Both the position numbers and the translations under genes were made by a program. Source: Octopus vulgaris (taxonomy: Eukaryota). From it: 64,000 nucleotides of DNA. Under the pieces are notes generated by a model, which was not told the origin of the DNA, searched no databases, and was given only the letters and a program-made list of their open reading frames with translations. Shown piece by piece: positions 1-12,907 of this stretch. The first letter of the stretch is position 1; each line of letters begins with the position of its first letter. Where the stretch lies: the NCBI GenBank assembly GCA_951406725.2, contig OX597820.1, positions 23,932,001 to 23,996,000 of the forward strand, written 5' to 3'.

Positions 1-26
1 CCTGGCTAGGCTTTATGGGCGCATTT

Positions 27-285
27 GTGGAGGCGCGTGGCTTAGTGGTTAGGGTGTCAGCATCATGATCGTAAGATTGTGGTTTCGATTCCTGGACTGG
101 GCGACGCGTCGTGTTCTTGAGCAAAACACTTCATTTCACGTTGCTTCAGTCCACTCAGCTGGCAAAAATGAGTAACGCTGCGATGGACTGGCGTCCCATC
201 CAGCTGGGGAACACATACGCCATAGAAACCGGGAAACCGGGCCCATGAGCCTGGCTAGGCTTTAAAAGGGTGCATTTATTATTAT
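27..285 (+). mobile_element. tRNA-derived SINE, family A (preceded by the tail of another copy at 1-26)
   Basis: A-box-like TGGCTTAGTGG and B-box-like GTTTCGATTCC; body recurs at 24845, 48802 and 51840(-); tail cctggctaggcttt also present at 1-14. Confidence 0.8.
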
Positions 286-534
286 TTTATTAAATTGTAG
301 GTTAAAGTGTAAATGGATTGGTAGGCTACACGCTTTTAAAATTGTACCGATTATCTAGTGTATATTTTTGTATAGGAGTGAGGTAGGTAAATAGTAATAA
401 TGGACATCAAGCCGGAAGGGTAAATGTCTGAGGGTGGGTGGGTCGGAATAGGAATAACTAACGTAGAGGATTATTTGTTGGTTGGAAGTATTTTAAAGTT
501 GTTATTGTTTAACCCCAGATCAGCACTCAATACC

Positions 535-690
535 AGAGCTGAAGACTTTCCTGAAAGAGGGAGACCTGTCTCGTCGAAAACAGTAGAGAAGTAGGGATCG
601 AAACCGGACGTGGTTCCTCCTGATGATGTCTTTAGCCACTGGATCCTATAAAGTAGTTGTTGAGGTAATGAACCACGAAACGTGGTTGGA
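535..690 (+). ncRNA. Degenerate tandem pair of minimal hammerhead-ribozyme-like motifs
   Basis: CTGAAGA (539-545) with GAAACCGGAC (600-609), and CTGATGA (620-626) with GAAACGTGGTT (677-687); stems pair poorly. Confidence 0.3.
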
Positions 691-1581
691 ATTCCTCAGG
701 GTGTGGTGGAGTGATCGACAGTCTATACATTGACACAACTTTTATTTTGTTGTCAAGCGGTCTTTTGCCACTTTTGTATCTGTCTTTTGACGACGGTTGT
801 CACTCTGAGAGATATTGTAATATTCTGAAGTCGTCGACAGAATAGTTCTATCTAGCACTGTACGACTCCCAGTGATATAATTACTATATCAGCATAGATA
901 CGACTATCAACACAATCTACACGTACTCTCGACCTTCTGACCTTCTCGACCTTCCACTGTCGACCGGTTACTGGTCTATTTATAATGGCTGGCTACTACC
1001 ACTTTTTACCGGGAGAGGCGTACAGTTTCACTATACAAACAGCAGTAATTTTATTCAGCTGAATACACGTCATTGATTGGTTGAAATTACCGAAATACGA
1101 CAACTTTAACACGAAATAACTTCATAATTATACATTTTTCTCAAAAACGCTAAGAGTAAAAGATGTTTTATATGACACATTCTACCAGTATACGAAGTTT
1201 GATAATGTTTAGTTACAAAAAAATTATTTCCTAAATCTGCCAGTCAAAAGGTAAAGATCCAAAAATATATATGCGAGTATGAGCGCGCATGGCCGTGTGG
1301 CACTCACGATCGCGACGTCGTGGTTTCAATTCGTGGACTGGACGGTGCGCTGTGTTCTTGAGCAATGCACTTCGTCTCATACTGCTCTGCGATCACTTAG
1401 ACACCTAACATGTGGTACACTGGGCACCTGACAACGTCGATTTAATGGAGGGAGTGAGAAAACATGCAGCGCATACATCTGATCTTTATAAACACATCAT
1501 TTATGCAGGTTGTTCTGCAAGAAATTGCAGAACCGTCCTTCCCGGACGTCGAGAGACTACCTCCCTCATATGCAAATATAA

Positions 1582-1978
1582 TCCTTTCTATTATAGGCAC
1601 AAGGCCTGAAATTGGGGAAGGTGGATAGTCAATTACATCGACCCCAGTACTCAACTGGTACTTAATTTATCGACCCCGAAAGGATGAAAGGTAAAGTCGA
1701 CCTCGGAAGAATTTGAACGTAGCGGCAGACGAAATACCGCTAAGTATTACGCATGGCATGCTAACGATTCTTTCCTAATCTAGGCACAAAGCCCGAAATT
1801 TTTGGGGAGGGGGCCAGTCGATTAGATCGACCCCAGTACGCAACTGGTACTTAATTTATCGCCCACGAAAGGATGAAAGGCAAAGTCGACCTCGGCAGAA
1901 TTTGAACTCAGAACGTAAAGACAGACGAAATACGGCTACGCATTTCGCCCGGCATGCTAACGTTTCTGCCAGCTTGCC
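1582..1978 (-). mobile_element. SINE family C, tandem pair
   Basis: Two copies of the reverse complement of gaggtcgactttgcctttcatcctttcggggtcgataaattaagtaccag; tRNA-like head near 1978. Confidence 0.85.
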
Positions 1979-2099
1979 TTCTCATATGCAGATATAATGG
2001 CTGGACCATTACAGTAGTGTATAAAATACTTAGTATTCTGAATTCAAATTTCGTTAGAGGTTAACCCTTTCACTCCGGAAACCACTCCAATTTTCATTA

Positions 2100-2314
2100 C
2101 TCTTAACTCTTTTACTCTTTTACTTGTTTCAGTCATTTGACTGCAGCCATTCTGGAGCACCGCCTTTTAGTCGAGGAAATCGACCCCAAGACTTATTCTT
2201 TGTAAGCCTAGTTACTTATTCTATCGGTCTCTTTTGCCGAACCGCTAAGTTACAGGGACGTAAACACACCAGCATCGGTTGTCAAGCAATGTTGGAGGGG
2301 GACAAACAGTCACA

Positions 2315-2356
<42 letters not shown>

Positions 2357-2491
2357 TATATATACATATGCATATATACGACGGCCCGAGGCTATAGTAG
2401 AAGACACTTGCCCAAGGTGCCACGCAAGTGGGACTGAACCCAGAACCATGTGGTTGGTAAGCAAGCTTCTTACCACACAGCCACTCCTGCG
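2100..2491 (-). mobile_element. SINE family B (tRNA head, CORE-like segment, internal microsatellite)
   Basis: Reverse complement of ggagtggctgtgtggt...ggttcagtccc...ggcaccttgggcaagtg...(TG/TA)n...gaaacaagtaaaagag. Confidence 0.85.
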
Positions 2492-3157
2492 AGGAAATCA
2501 GTTTTATATACCAATCATTTTTTGTTGTTCAAGAACACCATGTTTGAAGCTATTTATTGTTGAGGTATATCAACTTTATTGAGGCAACGTGATTCGCAGA
2601 AAATACCAATTCTGCTCTCCTTTTCTGTTAGGAAGATATTTAACATAGTTTCTGGATTGACATCATTTCTGGAATATGACATTTAATTTCGCAGTTAAAG
2701 GGTTAACGTTAACCTTCCTTTATACTGGGGTCGATATAATAAAAATTGATCCTAGACAAGTTGCTGAATCGATTTAATCGACTGTAGCTCTTTCCCAGAA
2801 TGCTTGGGTTTACGAATATTCCAGAAACGATTATCTTCATATTACAAGGAGATGACGGTGAATGACAGAACTTAAGACAGAACTTAAGATTAAACTTTTC
2901 TACATTCTGAATTCAAATCCTGCAGGAGTCAATTTTACTTGGTGATATTCGGGAGTAGGGAGATGAGGGGGTACTGGATAAAATGAATACTGGGGATAAC
3001 TTAATTGACTAGACCACCCAAGAACGAGTCAAAAATGGGGTCCCTAAACAGTCAATCGACATGCTAAAGTAGCAGCTAAATATCTGTTGAATCACACTTT
3101 TGTGTTTTTTGTAATAAAGACGGACACATTAGTAAATGTAGCCCTTTATATGTTATC

Positions 3158-3370
3158 TTTTACCTTTTACTTGTTTCCGTCATTGGACTGAGGCCATGCT
3201 AGGGCACTGATTCGAAGGATTCGTTAAATAAATCGACCTCGGTCTTAAAGGTTGGTACTTATTCTATCGGTTCCTGTTGCCGAACCGCTAAGTTACGGGA
3301 ACTTCAAGAAGACAATACTGGCTGTCAAGCGGTGGTGGAGAACAAATACAAAGACACATGCATACGCACG

Positions 3371-3441
<71 letters not shown>

Positions 3442-3600
3442 GCACACACACACACACACACACACATACATACACACACACACTTCCACCAAATTCACTC
3501 ACAAGGCATTGATCGGGTCGGGGTTATAGTAGAAGAGATTTGTCCATGGGGGTTGAGCAGTGAAATTGAAACCGGAACCATATGGTTGCAAAGAAAACCG
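3158..3600 (-). mobile_element. SINE family B, diverged copy with long (CA)n
   Basis: Shares ccgaaccgctaagttacggg and ccaaattcactcacaaggc with other copies. Confidence 0.7.
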
Positions 3601-3674
3601 CTCATAGGTGGGACGTCATTGAACACTGTTCTATTTGTATTGGAGTGGTCTGGGGCTAAACAAAAGCCATCACC

Positions 3675-3738
<64 letters not shown>

Positions 3739-3739
3739 C

Positions 3740-3808
<69 letters not shown>

Positions 3809-4545
3809 TAAATTATGACCCTAAATGCAGATTCTGCGACACATTTGACGAAACGATAGACCATCTCGTTTCGGGATGTCCTGTGCTGACACAAAACGAA
3901 TACAAAAATCGCCACGATAGGGTAGGACAGTATATACATTGGAAGATATGTAAACACTACAAATCCGACACTCCTGCTAACTGGTATGAACACCATCCTC
4001 AGCCAGTTGTTGAAGGTAAAGATGTCACCATCCTCTGGGATTTTCCAGTCAACACTGACAGAACGATCAAGGCTAATCGACCAGACATAATTGTTAAAGA
4101 CAGGGAAGAAAATACCTGCAGACTAATAGAAGTAAGCGTCCCCACTGATAAAAATGTATCTGTCAAGGAATTTGACAAACTTAGTAAATATAAGGACCTG
4201 GAAATCGAAATACAGAGGATGTGGAATCTTAAAACAAAAACTGTTCCTGTTATTGTAGGTGCCCTAGGTATGATAAAAAGGGATGTCAGAAACACCTAGA
4301 CAATATCCCTGGAAAACCATGTCTCAAGGAAATCCAAAAGATTGTGCTAACAAGTACTGCCCACATCCTTAGAAAAACCCTATCAATGTAAATGTCTGTG
4401 TTTGCATTACATGGAGATATATCTCTACTTCCCCTCCCCAAGCTTTCAGCTATATTTCAACAACTCTTAACCTTCACTTGCCCTAGGGCGCTGGGTGTGC
4501 CCCGGCAGGTGATTGCATCAAACATGCAGATTAAAAGTAAATGAC
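3809..4545 (+). mobile_element. 5'-truncated R4/Dong-like non-LTR retrotransposon (CCHC knuckle plus restriction-like endonuclease, 3'UTR)
   Basis: Translation CRFCDTFDETIDHLVSGC...RHD...LWDFPVNTDRTIKANRPDIIV...IEVSVP...KLSKY; after a frameshift near 4280 it continues ...TAHILRKTLSM* (stop 4389-4391); (TAA)n on both sides. Confidence 0.85.
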
Positions 4546-4600
<55 letters not shown>

Positions 4601-4919
4601 TTAATAATAATATTAATAATAATAATAATAATTATGGAATTGATCTTATGTTAGGCAACATTTTTCCATGATTTACAGATTTCTCTTTTAAAATTCAGTC
4701 TATGACCAGGCTTTCTTATAGTCTAAAAGAGAAATCCATTTTGCTTGGTCGTCGTATGTCATCAGACAAGTGTACGTCCTTTACCGCAGCGTTCCCAATC
4801 ATTTTTACACCACAGGTCTGGTTTCCAGCGAGTTGTTTTTCTGCTGACCGGGGGATCACGCGTATTACAAAATATAATGAAGTGCATAATATAAAATTTA
4901 GTTACTACGTATATAATAC

Positions 4920-5375
4920 ATATATATAGGTTAGCTGAATTAGAGGTTAAAATAACTGCCTAAGGGATAGAAGTATCCATTACACTACCGGTATATTACC
5001 TATGTTTAACAATGGGCATACATATGCATACATATGCATTGTGTCCATAAATTATAGGTAAAGACAAAGATAAATATGGGTTTATTAAGAAATAAATTTG
5101 AAGAAAACAGAAAATGGAGAAATATTGACGAACAACAATTGACTTACATCAATTATTATAAATTAATTCAATACAAATAGACTTCATCCCGTCTAACAGC
5201 TGTTTTTGCTTCCAATGTTGTATGATATTGCCATTGATATGCAAAAATATTTATCAGATTTGGTATTAAAACCGATCTGAAACACGGAGCTTCATCAGAG
5301 TCAAAAATAAAGAAGAGCATAGAGAAGAAAAAGTCAATTGTTGTCAATATTTCTCCATTTTCTGTTTCCTTTAAA

Positions 5376-5378
<3 letters not shown>
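4920..5378 (-). mobile_element. Non-autonomous Penelope-like (pLTR-type) element with degenerate hammerhead and 5' inverted segment
   Basis: Inverted repeat 5094-5145 / 5331-5378; minus-strand CTGATGA (5298-5292) then AAAAACAGCTGTT (5207-5195); bounded by TA-rich tracts. Confidence 0.5.
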
Positions 5379-5419
<41 letters not shown>

Positions 5420-5444
5420 AATATATAATACATGTATATACATC

Positions 5445-5518
<74 letters not shown>

Positions 5519-5577
5519 TGTGTATGGAAAACACTCGGCGAGAAACGGAAGAAAATTTGAATAAAGAAGGAAAAAAC

Positions 5578-5640
<63 letters not shown>

Positions 5641-5641
5641 T

Positions 5642-6358
5642 GTTGGTGGAACTGGCGACAGTAACCTTAGCTGGAGTGTGCACATCAACAAAAAGGTTAA
5701 CGTTGCCCGCAGAATGTGTTCATGGATCCTCAGAACTTTTCAATCTAGGGATCATATGAAACCACCATCCTTCGCTTCTCCACATTCCCTAGTCCCCACT
5801 TCGAACACTGCTGCCCATTGTGGTCTACCTTCCCCCAAACAAGACATAATGAAGATCGAAGCACCACAAAGATCAATCACTAAAAAAATAAATGGCATGA
5901 CGAGACTTGATTATTGGACTCGACTTAAATAACTGAAACTCTATTCTCTGCAACGCCGCCGTGAGCGATACATTTGCACTTTGTGAAAATATTCCACCAA
6001 TATTATCTAAATGATAATGGTATTATGTTTACAATTCACCCAAGACTAGGACACCTGGCAATGTGTCCCCTACAAAGGTCGAGATCACATCACATAAGAA
6101 CATTGTGACACAATTTCTTCACTGCAAATAATCCTGCTCTTTTCAATGTTATCCCGAAAGAAATTAAAGTAGAAAAAAACCTCACAGCTTTCAGGCGGTA
6201 CCTGGACAAATTCCTCCAGGAAATATCTGATAAACCACCTACAATCTGGATACGTCACAACCAACAACAACTCTCTGCTTGAGTGGTCCATGGTGTCCCA
6301 AAATTATTAACTAAAATACTTTTTAGTGGTGCTATTGAGTTAGTCATGGCCTGGGCCG
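5642..6358 (+). mobile_element. CR1-like LINE, decayed 3' part of ORF2
   Basis: LSWSVHINKKVNVARRMCSWILRTFQSRD...IEAPQRSITKKINGM...YWTRLK*LKLYSLQRRRERY, with stops and frameshifts. Confidence 0.8.
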
Positions 6359-6366
6359 ATAATAGC

Positions 6367-6572
6367 CTTACCAACCACATGGTTCCGGGTTCAGTCCTAT
6401 TGCGTGGCACCTTGGGCAAGTGTCTTCTACTATAGCCTCGGGCCGACCAAAGCCTTGAATGTGGATTTGGTAAACGGAAACTAAAAGAAGCCCGTCGTAT
6501 GTATGTATGTATGTATGTATGTATGTATGTATGTATGTATGTATGTATGTATGTATGTATGTATGTATGTAT

Positions 6573-6608
<36 letters not shown>

Positions 6609-6820
6609 ATATGTTTGTGTGTCTGTGTTTGTCACTCAACATCGCTTGACAACCGATGCTGGTGTGTTTACGCCCCCGTAACTTAGCGGTTCGGCAAAGA
6701 GACTGATAGCATAAGTACTAGGCTTACAAAGAATAAGTCCTGGGATCGATTTCTTCGACTAAAGGCGGTGCTCCCGCATGGACGCACTCAAATGACTGAA
6801 ACAAGTAAAAGAGTAAAAGA

Positions 6821-6822
<2 letters not shown>
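6367..6822 (+). mobile_element. SINE family B with internal (TATG)n
   Basis: Family B body and tail; head truncated against the CR1 end. Confidence 0.85.
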
Positions 6823-6871
<49 letters not shown>

Positions 6872-6874
6872 CAC

Positions 6875-6950
<76 letters not shown>

Positions 6951-6967
6951 GTGTATATATATATGTG

Positions 6968-6999
<32 letters not shown>

Positions 7000-7060
7000 T
7001 ATATAAATAATATATATTACATATACTACGTATATAATAAATATATTATATATATATGTG

Positions 7061-7092
<32 letters not shown>

Positions 7093-7180
7093 AATAATAT
7101 ATATTACATGTATACTACGTATATAATAAATATATATTATTTAATGCATATATATTACATATATAATACATATATAATGC
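6822..7180. repeat. (TA)n-rich microsatellite with a short internal duplication
   Basis: Direct reading; aataatatatattaca...tactacgtatataataaa occurs twice. Confidence 0.85.
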
Positions 7181-8456
7181 AAAAACATCTTGAAAACTGC
7201 GATAGTCAATAAAGTAGAAATAAAATTAAAAAAATTATTCTTTCTATGCGTCTTGATACCAAATGATCCGTGGTCTGGTGGTTGGAAAACCTTGCTTTAC
7301 TGTACAGCTATTCTGATCACCATGTAGAGGTACTCAACTGCTATTTATTTAATCGATCCTAGAATAGCGAAAGGTAAAGTAGACTTTGTTGGGATTTGAG
7401 TTCAGATCAAAAAGAGCTATTACTAAATATTCCAAGGTGTCTTATCCGATGCTTTGACGATTCTGCCAATCCGCTGCTTCGCTTCTATCGGCACAACTAT
7501 TGGTTCTGATAGACGGCTGGCACCTTATTTTAAAGACAGCGAAAGGATGAAAGGCAAAGTTGACCTTGGTGCAATTTGAACTCAAAATGTAAAGAACCAA
7601 AAGAAATACCACCAAGCATTTTGTCCGACGCTGTTACGAATGTACCAACTACCATCCTGTTAGTTGAGCGTGCGATTTGAGCGAGATTTGGGTTAAATTT
7701 GGTTAGCTTTACCTTCCATCATTTCGGTACTGTTAAAATACTAGTCAAATAATGGGGTCGATAGTAGCACCGATATAAGCAAATCAGTGGATCTAGCAAA
7801 TCGAATAACTGCATAAAAACTTTTTTTATTGGTTCGTGTCTTCATCTTGTCTAAAGTAGAGATCTTCAAGTGCATTTTGGCTGCCCCCCGGCAGATATAA
7901 GATTTAAGATAATGAGAACATTCATGCGTACGTAATGACAACACGAAAGTAATTTTAGCTCCCAAATTATGCAATCACACTGGGACACTTAAATTCATTG
8001 ACAACATAATTAAGCAACATGTTTGAAGTGTTGGGCTTCGCAATACTGGAGCAAAATCGATTCGTTTAGAACTATTATAAGCCCAATATTTCAATGAGAC
8101 CGTCTAAAGATGTAAGACTTGTCTGACAATTACAACAAAAAAAAGATTAGATAAGAAAAAACGAACAAAACACAAAACAGAAAAAAAACCCGTCTCATAA
8201 TACAATTACATACGGCATCTGTCTATCTGTCAATGTTTTTTCTTTCTCTTTTTCCTTTTGCTGTGTTTTGTAGACAATAATATTGAATTGAATGGCATTA
8301 ATTGCAGAATTACGCACACAAATTCTTACACACACACGCTCACATTCACATGCACACACGCGCACGCACGCACGCACACACACACACACACACCTACGTG
8401 TGTGCGTATGCATCTCTCTCACTCTCTATATATCTATCTATATATATACACATCTA

Positions 8457-8507
<51 letters not shown>

Positions 8508-8578
8508 ATATATTTATGCTCATATATACATAAATCTATACTTACATACATATACACACATCTAATACAGTATAATAG

Positions 8579-8611
<33 letters not shown>

Positions 8612-8895
8612 CATACATACATACATACATACATACATACATACATGCATGCAAACACTCATCCCCATCACGCACATATACGTGTATGCATATATGTGAA
8701 TATATAACATGACATACCGTATATAGAACAATATTATAACGTAGACCCGGCAAAAAAAGCCTCAGATCTCTTTATTTGTGACAACACCGGAGAAAAGGGT
8801 AGCATTTGCGACCCTCTTTGCAAGACGTCCAGGACCTTCGGTAAAAAGAAAGAAAGGATCCACAACTGAAGGTGATAAAGGATCCACAACTATAA

Positions 8896-9310
8896 GGTGG
8901 TGAATTGGCAGAAACGTTAGCACACCGGGCGAAATGCCTGGAGGTATTTCGTCTGCCGTTACGTTCTGAGTTCAAATTCCGCCGAGGTCGACTTTGCCTT
9001 TCATCCTTTCGGGGTCGATTAAATAAGTACCAGTTACGCACTGAGGTCGATGTGATCGACTTAATCCGTTTATCTGTCCTTATTTGTCCTCTCTGTGTTT
9101 AGCCCCTTGTGGGTAGTAAAGAAATAGGTATTTCGTCTGCCGTTACGTTATGAGTTCAAATTCCGCTGAGGTCGACTTTGCCTTTCATTCTTTCGGGGTC
9201 GATTAAATAAGTACCAGTTACGCACTGAGGTCGATGTAATCGACTTAATCCGTTTATCTGTCCTTGTTTGTCCCCTCTATGTTTAGCCCCCTGTGGGCAA
9301 TAAAGAAATA
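8896..9310 (+). mobile_element. SINE family C tandem dimer with target-site duplication
   Basis: head-body-tail-body-tail; ggatccacaacta on both flanks (~8880-8892 and ~9316-9328). Confidence 0.9.
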
Positions 9311-9855
9311 AGAACGGATCCACAACTAAAATTAAGAAACAGACCAGAGACCTGATCCAAATGCCTTAAGGCTCCACTAAAAATAGCCAAAGATATATTG
9401 GTGTTAAAGCGAGCAATATGTTAAGTCTGCCAACCATAAAACCTCCCAAATTTTTCATTGTGGTGTTTCTACATCTATTTTAGTCTACTAAACTTAATTA
9501 GCAACGCTTCTTCTTTTTTGATCTTTTCGAGGCTATGTTAGAAGATATTTGCCTACGGTGCCGCGCAGTGGGATCGAACAGAACACCATGTAATTGATAA
9601 GCAACCTTCTTAACCATGCTGCCATTCACGTGCGGTTTAACTATGTATATGATGACTCCAGTATCATAATTGACGTAAAATGAAAGCAGACGTCTACATG
9701 CGGTTGCCAAGGTTACGTCAGATTATGATTCGTTTTATGTAAATACACGAGTGCGTTTGTGAAGGCAGACGATATTAACCCAGTCAACAACATCAGCAGA
9801 ACGCTATCTTCCTTCTGTCGCAGCCGCCGCCGCCGCCGCCACCACCACCACCACC

Positions 9856-9886
<31 letters not shown>

Positions 9887-10352
9887 GCAACAACAACAAT
9901 AACGACGACAACAACAACGACACCTACATGAACAACCATTGCCCCTGTAATTGTCACAATCATTAACATCACTGCTAATAAGACTAGCATTTTCCCACCA
10001 CCACCACCACCACCACCACTAACTACAACAACAACAACACCAGTCGCTCAATTTGCTAGAAATACTAACCAAATCCTTTTGAAATCACAATCTGCAATCT
10101 TAGAAAAGAAATACACGTTGGATAATATGTTCTTGGATTCTCTGCACATTGGAAAAAGACGGGATGGTCACAGATGGAATGCCTTTGACTATAAATCTTT
10201 TCAATCAGAGCTGACGATCTAAATAACGATGAAAATAACGACAACGACAACGAAAATAATGGCACCACTTCCATTACCACCATCCAAATAATAACTGAAG
10301 CAGTAGCAGCAGCATAACAACAACAACAGTAAAAACAGCAGTAACATCGACA

Positions 10353-10540
10353 ATGGAGGTGCAATGGCCCAGTGGTTAGAGCAGCGGACTCGCGGTCGTA
10401 AGAACGCGGTTTCGATTCCCAGACCGGGCATTGTGAGTCTTTATTGAGCAAAAACACCTAAGCTCCACGAGGCTCTGGCAGGGAGGGGTGGTGAACCCCG
10501 CAGTACTCTTTCACCACAACTTTCTCTCACTCTTTCTTTC
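10353..10540 (+). mobile_element. tRNA-derived SINE family D
   Basis: TGGCCCAGTGG A box and GTTTCGATTCC B box; recurs at 25522(+) and 12562(-). Confidence 0.8.
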
Positions 10541-10862
10541 TACTTCTGTCACAAAGCAGAAGAATCATGGTGTAACCCACTATGGTGTGGTAAACTTTCA
10601 GACCCCAGTCTAGATTGCGAATCCTCTGTAACCCAGGATCGTTCAGCTCTCCACCTGTTAAAAAGCCACCGTTTACGGAATGAGGATAACAATGTAGCTT
10701 TCGCGTCCGTGCAACCGCCAGTCTATCGCGTTTGGTGGGTGGATCTTCAAGTTGCCACACGCATTCTTGGTAGCTTAGAATAGGCTCGAATTAGAGATTA
10801 TTCTTTGTGGCTAATGGCGTGAGTCCTGATTGGAAGAAGACAACAACTGCAACAACAATAAT

Positions 10863-11250
10863 AATCCTTTTTTTGAAATTTTTGGGGAGGAGCATAAGAC
10901 GGTTACATCAACCCCCGTGTTGAACTGGTATTTATTTAATCGATCCCGAAAAGGTGGCAGGCAAAATCGATCTCGGCGGAATTTGAACTCAGAACTTGAA
11001 GTAGAGACGGACGAAATCCCTATTTCTGTACTACCCACAAGGGGCTAAACACAGACAGGACAAACAAGGACAGACAAACGGATTAAGTCGATTATATCGA
11101 CCCCAGTGCGTAACTGGTACTTATTTAATCGACCCCGAAAGGATGAAAGGCAAAGTCGACCTCGGCGGAATTTGATCTCAGAACGTAACGGCAGACGAAA
11201 TACGGCTACGCATTTCGTCCGGAGTGCTAACGATTCTGCCGGCTCGTCGA
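10863..11250 (-). mobile_element. SINE family C tandem
   Basis: Family C body twice, with the tail-to-body junction near 11015. Confidence 0.85.
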
Positions 11251-12335
11251 TTTAACAACAACAACAGCAACAACAACAACAACTACTACTACAACAACAA
11301 CAAACACAACAACAACAACAACATCAACAATAATAATAATAATAATAACAATAATAATAATAATAACCGCAATAACAGCAACAGAAACAGAAATTACAGC
11401 ATCAACAACAGCAACAACAAATAAAGCAGGAACAACAGCATCAACAACAACAACAACGACGACGACAACAACAGCAACAACAACAACAGCAAAAAGAGCC
11501 ACATCACCTCCGCCATCGTCCCTACTTCTTAAACGCTTACAACCTCAATGACAAAGTACAATACGAACAACTACAAGCAGCAACAACCACAAGAACATCA
11601 ACAAGTAATATCGAATAATTGCATACGCTGGCATAATAATCTGAATTTATCGATTTTCGATTGATTAGCTACAAATCCAATTTCACTTTTTTTTCTTTTT
11701 TGTTGGGAACGAGTATTTTTTTTTGTTCCTGGAAGAAAATGAAAGCCAAAAGAAGCGTTTCAACTCGACCTAATATTAACCCTAACTCATCTGTGAAAAT
11801 CTGTTCTTTGGATTCGTTTGTGGTGCATTTTTAGCAATAATGCCCATTAATAAGCCACCATCAATACTTGTTGTTGAACCCCAGGTCACATGATCAGTGA
11901 AGACCAATGGTCAAAGGTTTACCAGTCATGAACCTCTTCGTCACATTTTTTTTCAGATTCATCCTCCATTTCTTTTTATTCAAGACGGTCTATCGTAAAA
12001 TGAATGAAATTTAGCTGCTATTTATAGCAAGTCGAACGATTATATAAAGGTTCTTCAGTTTGCACATTTAATTACTTAATTGCAGTGAAGCTTCAAGTGA
12101 AGCGGGTCTAGGTTGTCGAACTGGGCAAAACAGGTTCTTTTTAGGGCTAGAATAATGATGTAGACATTGCAAGGCCTTGGCTCAATTATGGCCGCGTGGT
12201 AAAGAAGTTTGCTTACCAATTTGGCAGTCCTTGGTTCGATCGTTCTTCGGGATACCTTGGACAGGTATTTTCTAACATCATTCAACCTAAACACTGTGAA
12301 TGAAATTTGCAAGATATCTTTAATATTTTTTAATT

Positions 12336-12856
12336 CTTTTATTCTTTTATTTGTTTCAGTCATATGACTGTGGCCATGCTGGAGCACCACCTTTAGTTGA
12401 GCAAATCGACCCCAGGACTTATTCTTTACAAGCCTAGTACTTATTCTGTCTGTCTCTCTTGTCGAACCGCTAAGTGACGGGGACGTAAACACACCAGCAT
12501 CGGTTGTCAAGCGATGTTAGGAGGACAAACACAGACACACAAACACACACATATATGTTTGTTCCTTCTCGAGCCACGCCTGGTTCATAAGAGCCGGATT
12601 CCCGATTTCCTTGGCGTATATGTTCCCCACCTGGACGGGACGCCGGTCTGTCGCAGGTGAGCTGCAAGATGCAGGAGGAAAGAGTGAGAGGAAGTTGTGG
12701 CGAAAGAGTCAGCAGAAGTTTGCCATTACCTTCTGCCGGAGCCGCGTGGAGCTTAGGTGTTTCGCTCATAAACACACACACAACGCCCAGTCTGAGATTC
12801 GAACCCGCGATCCCTCGACCACGAGTCCGCTGCTCTAACCACTAGGCCATGTGCCT

Positions 12857-12907
<51 letters not shown>

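Noticed and set aside
8772-9041. Recurrent peptide MRNWYLxxRPRKDERQSRPRRNLNSE that looks like a gene family
   Set aside because: It is the antisense translation of SINE family C copies.
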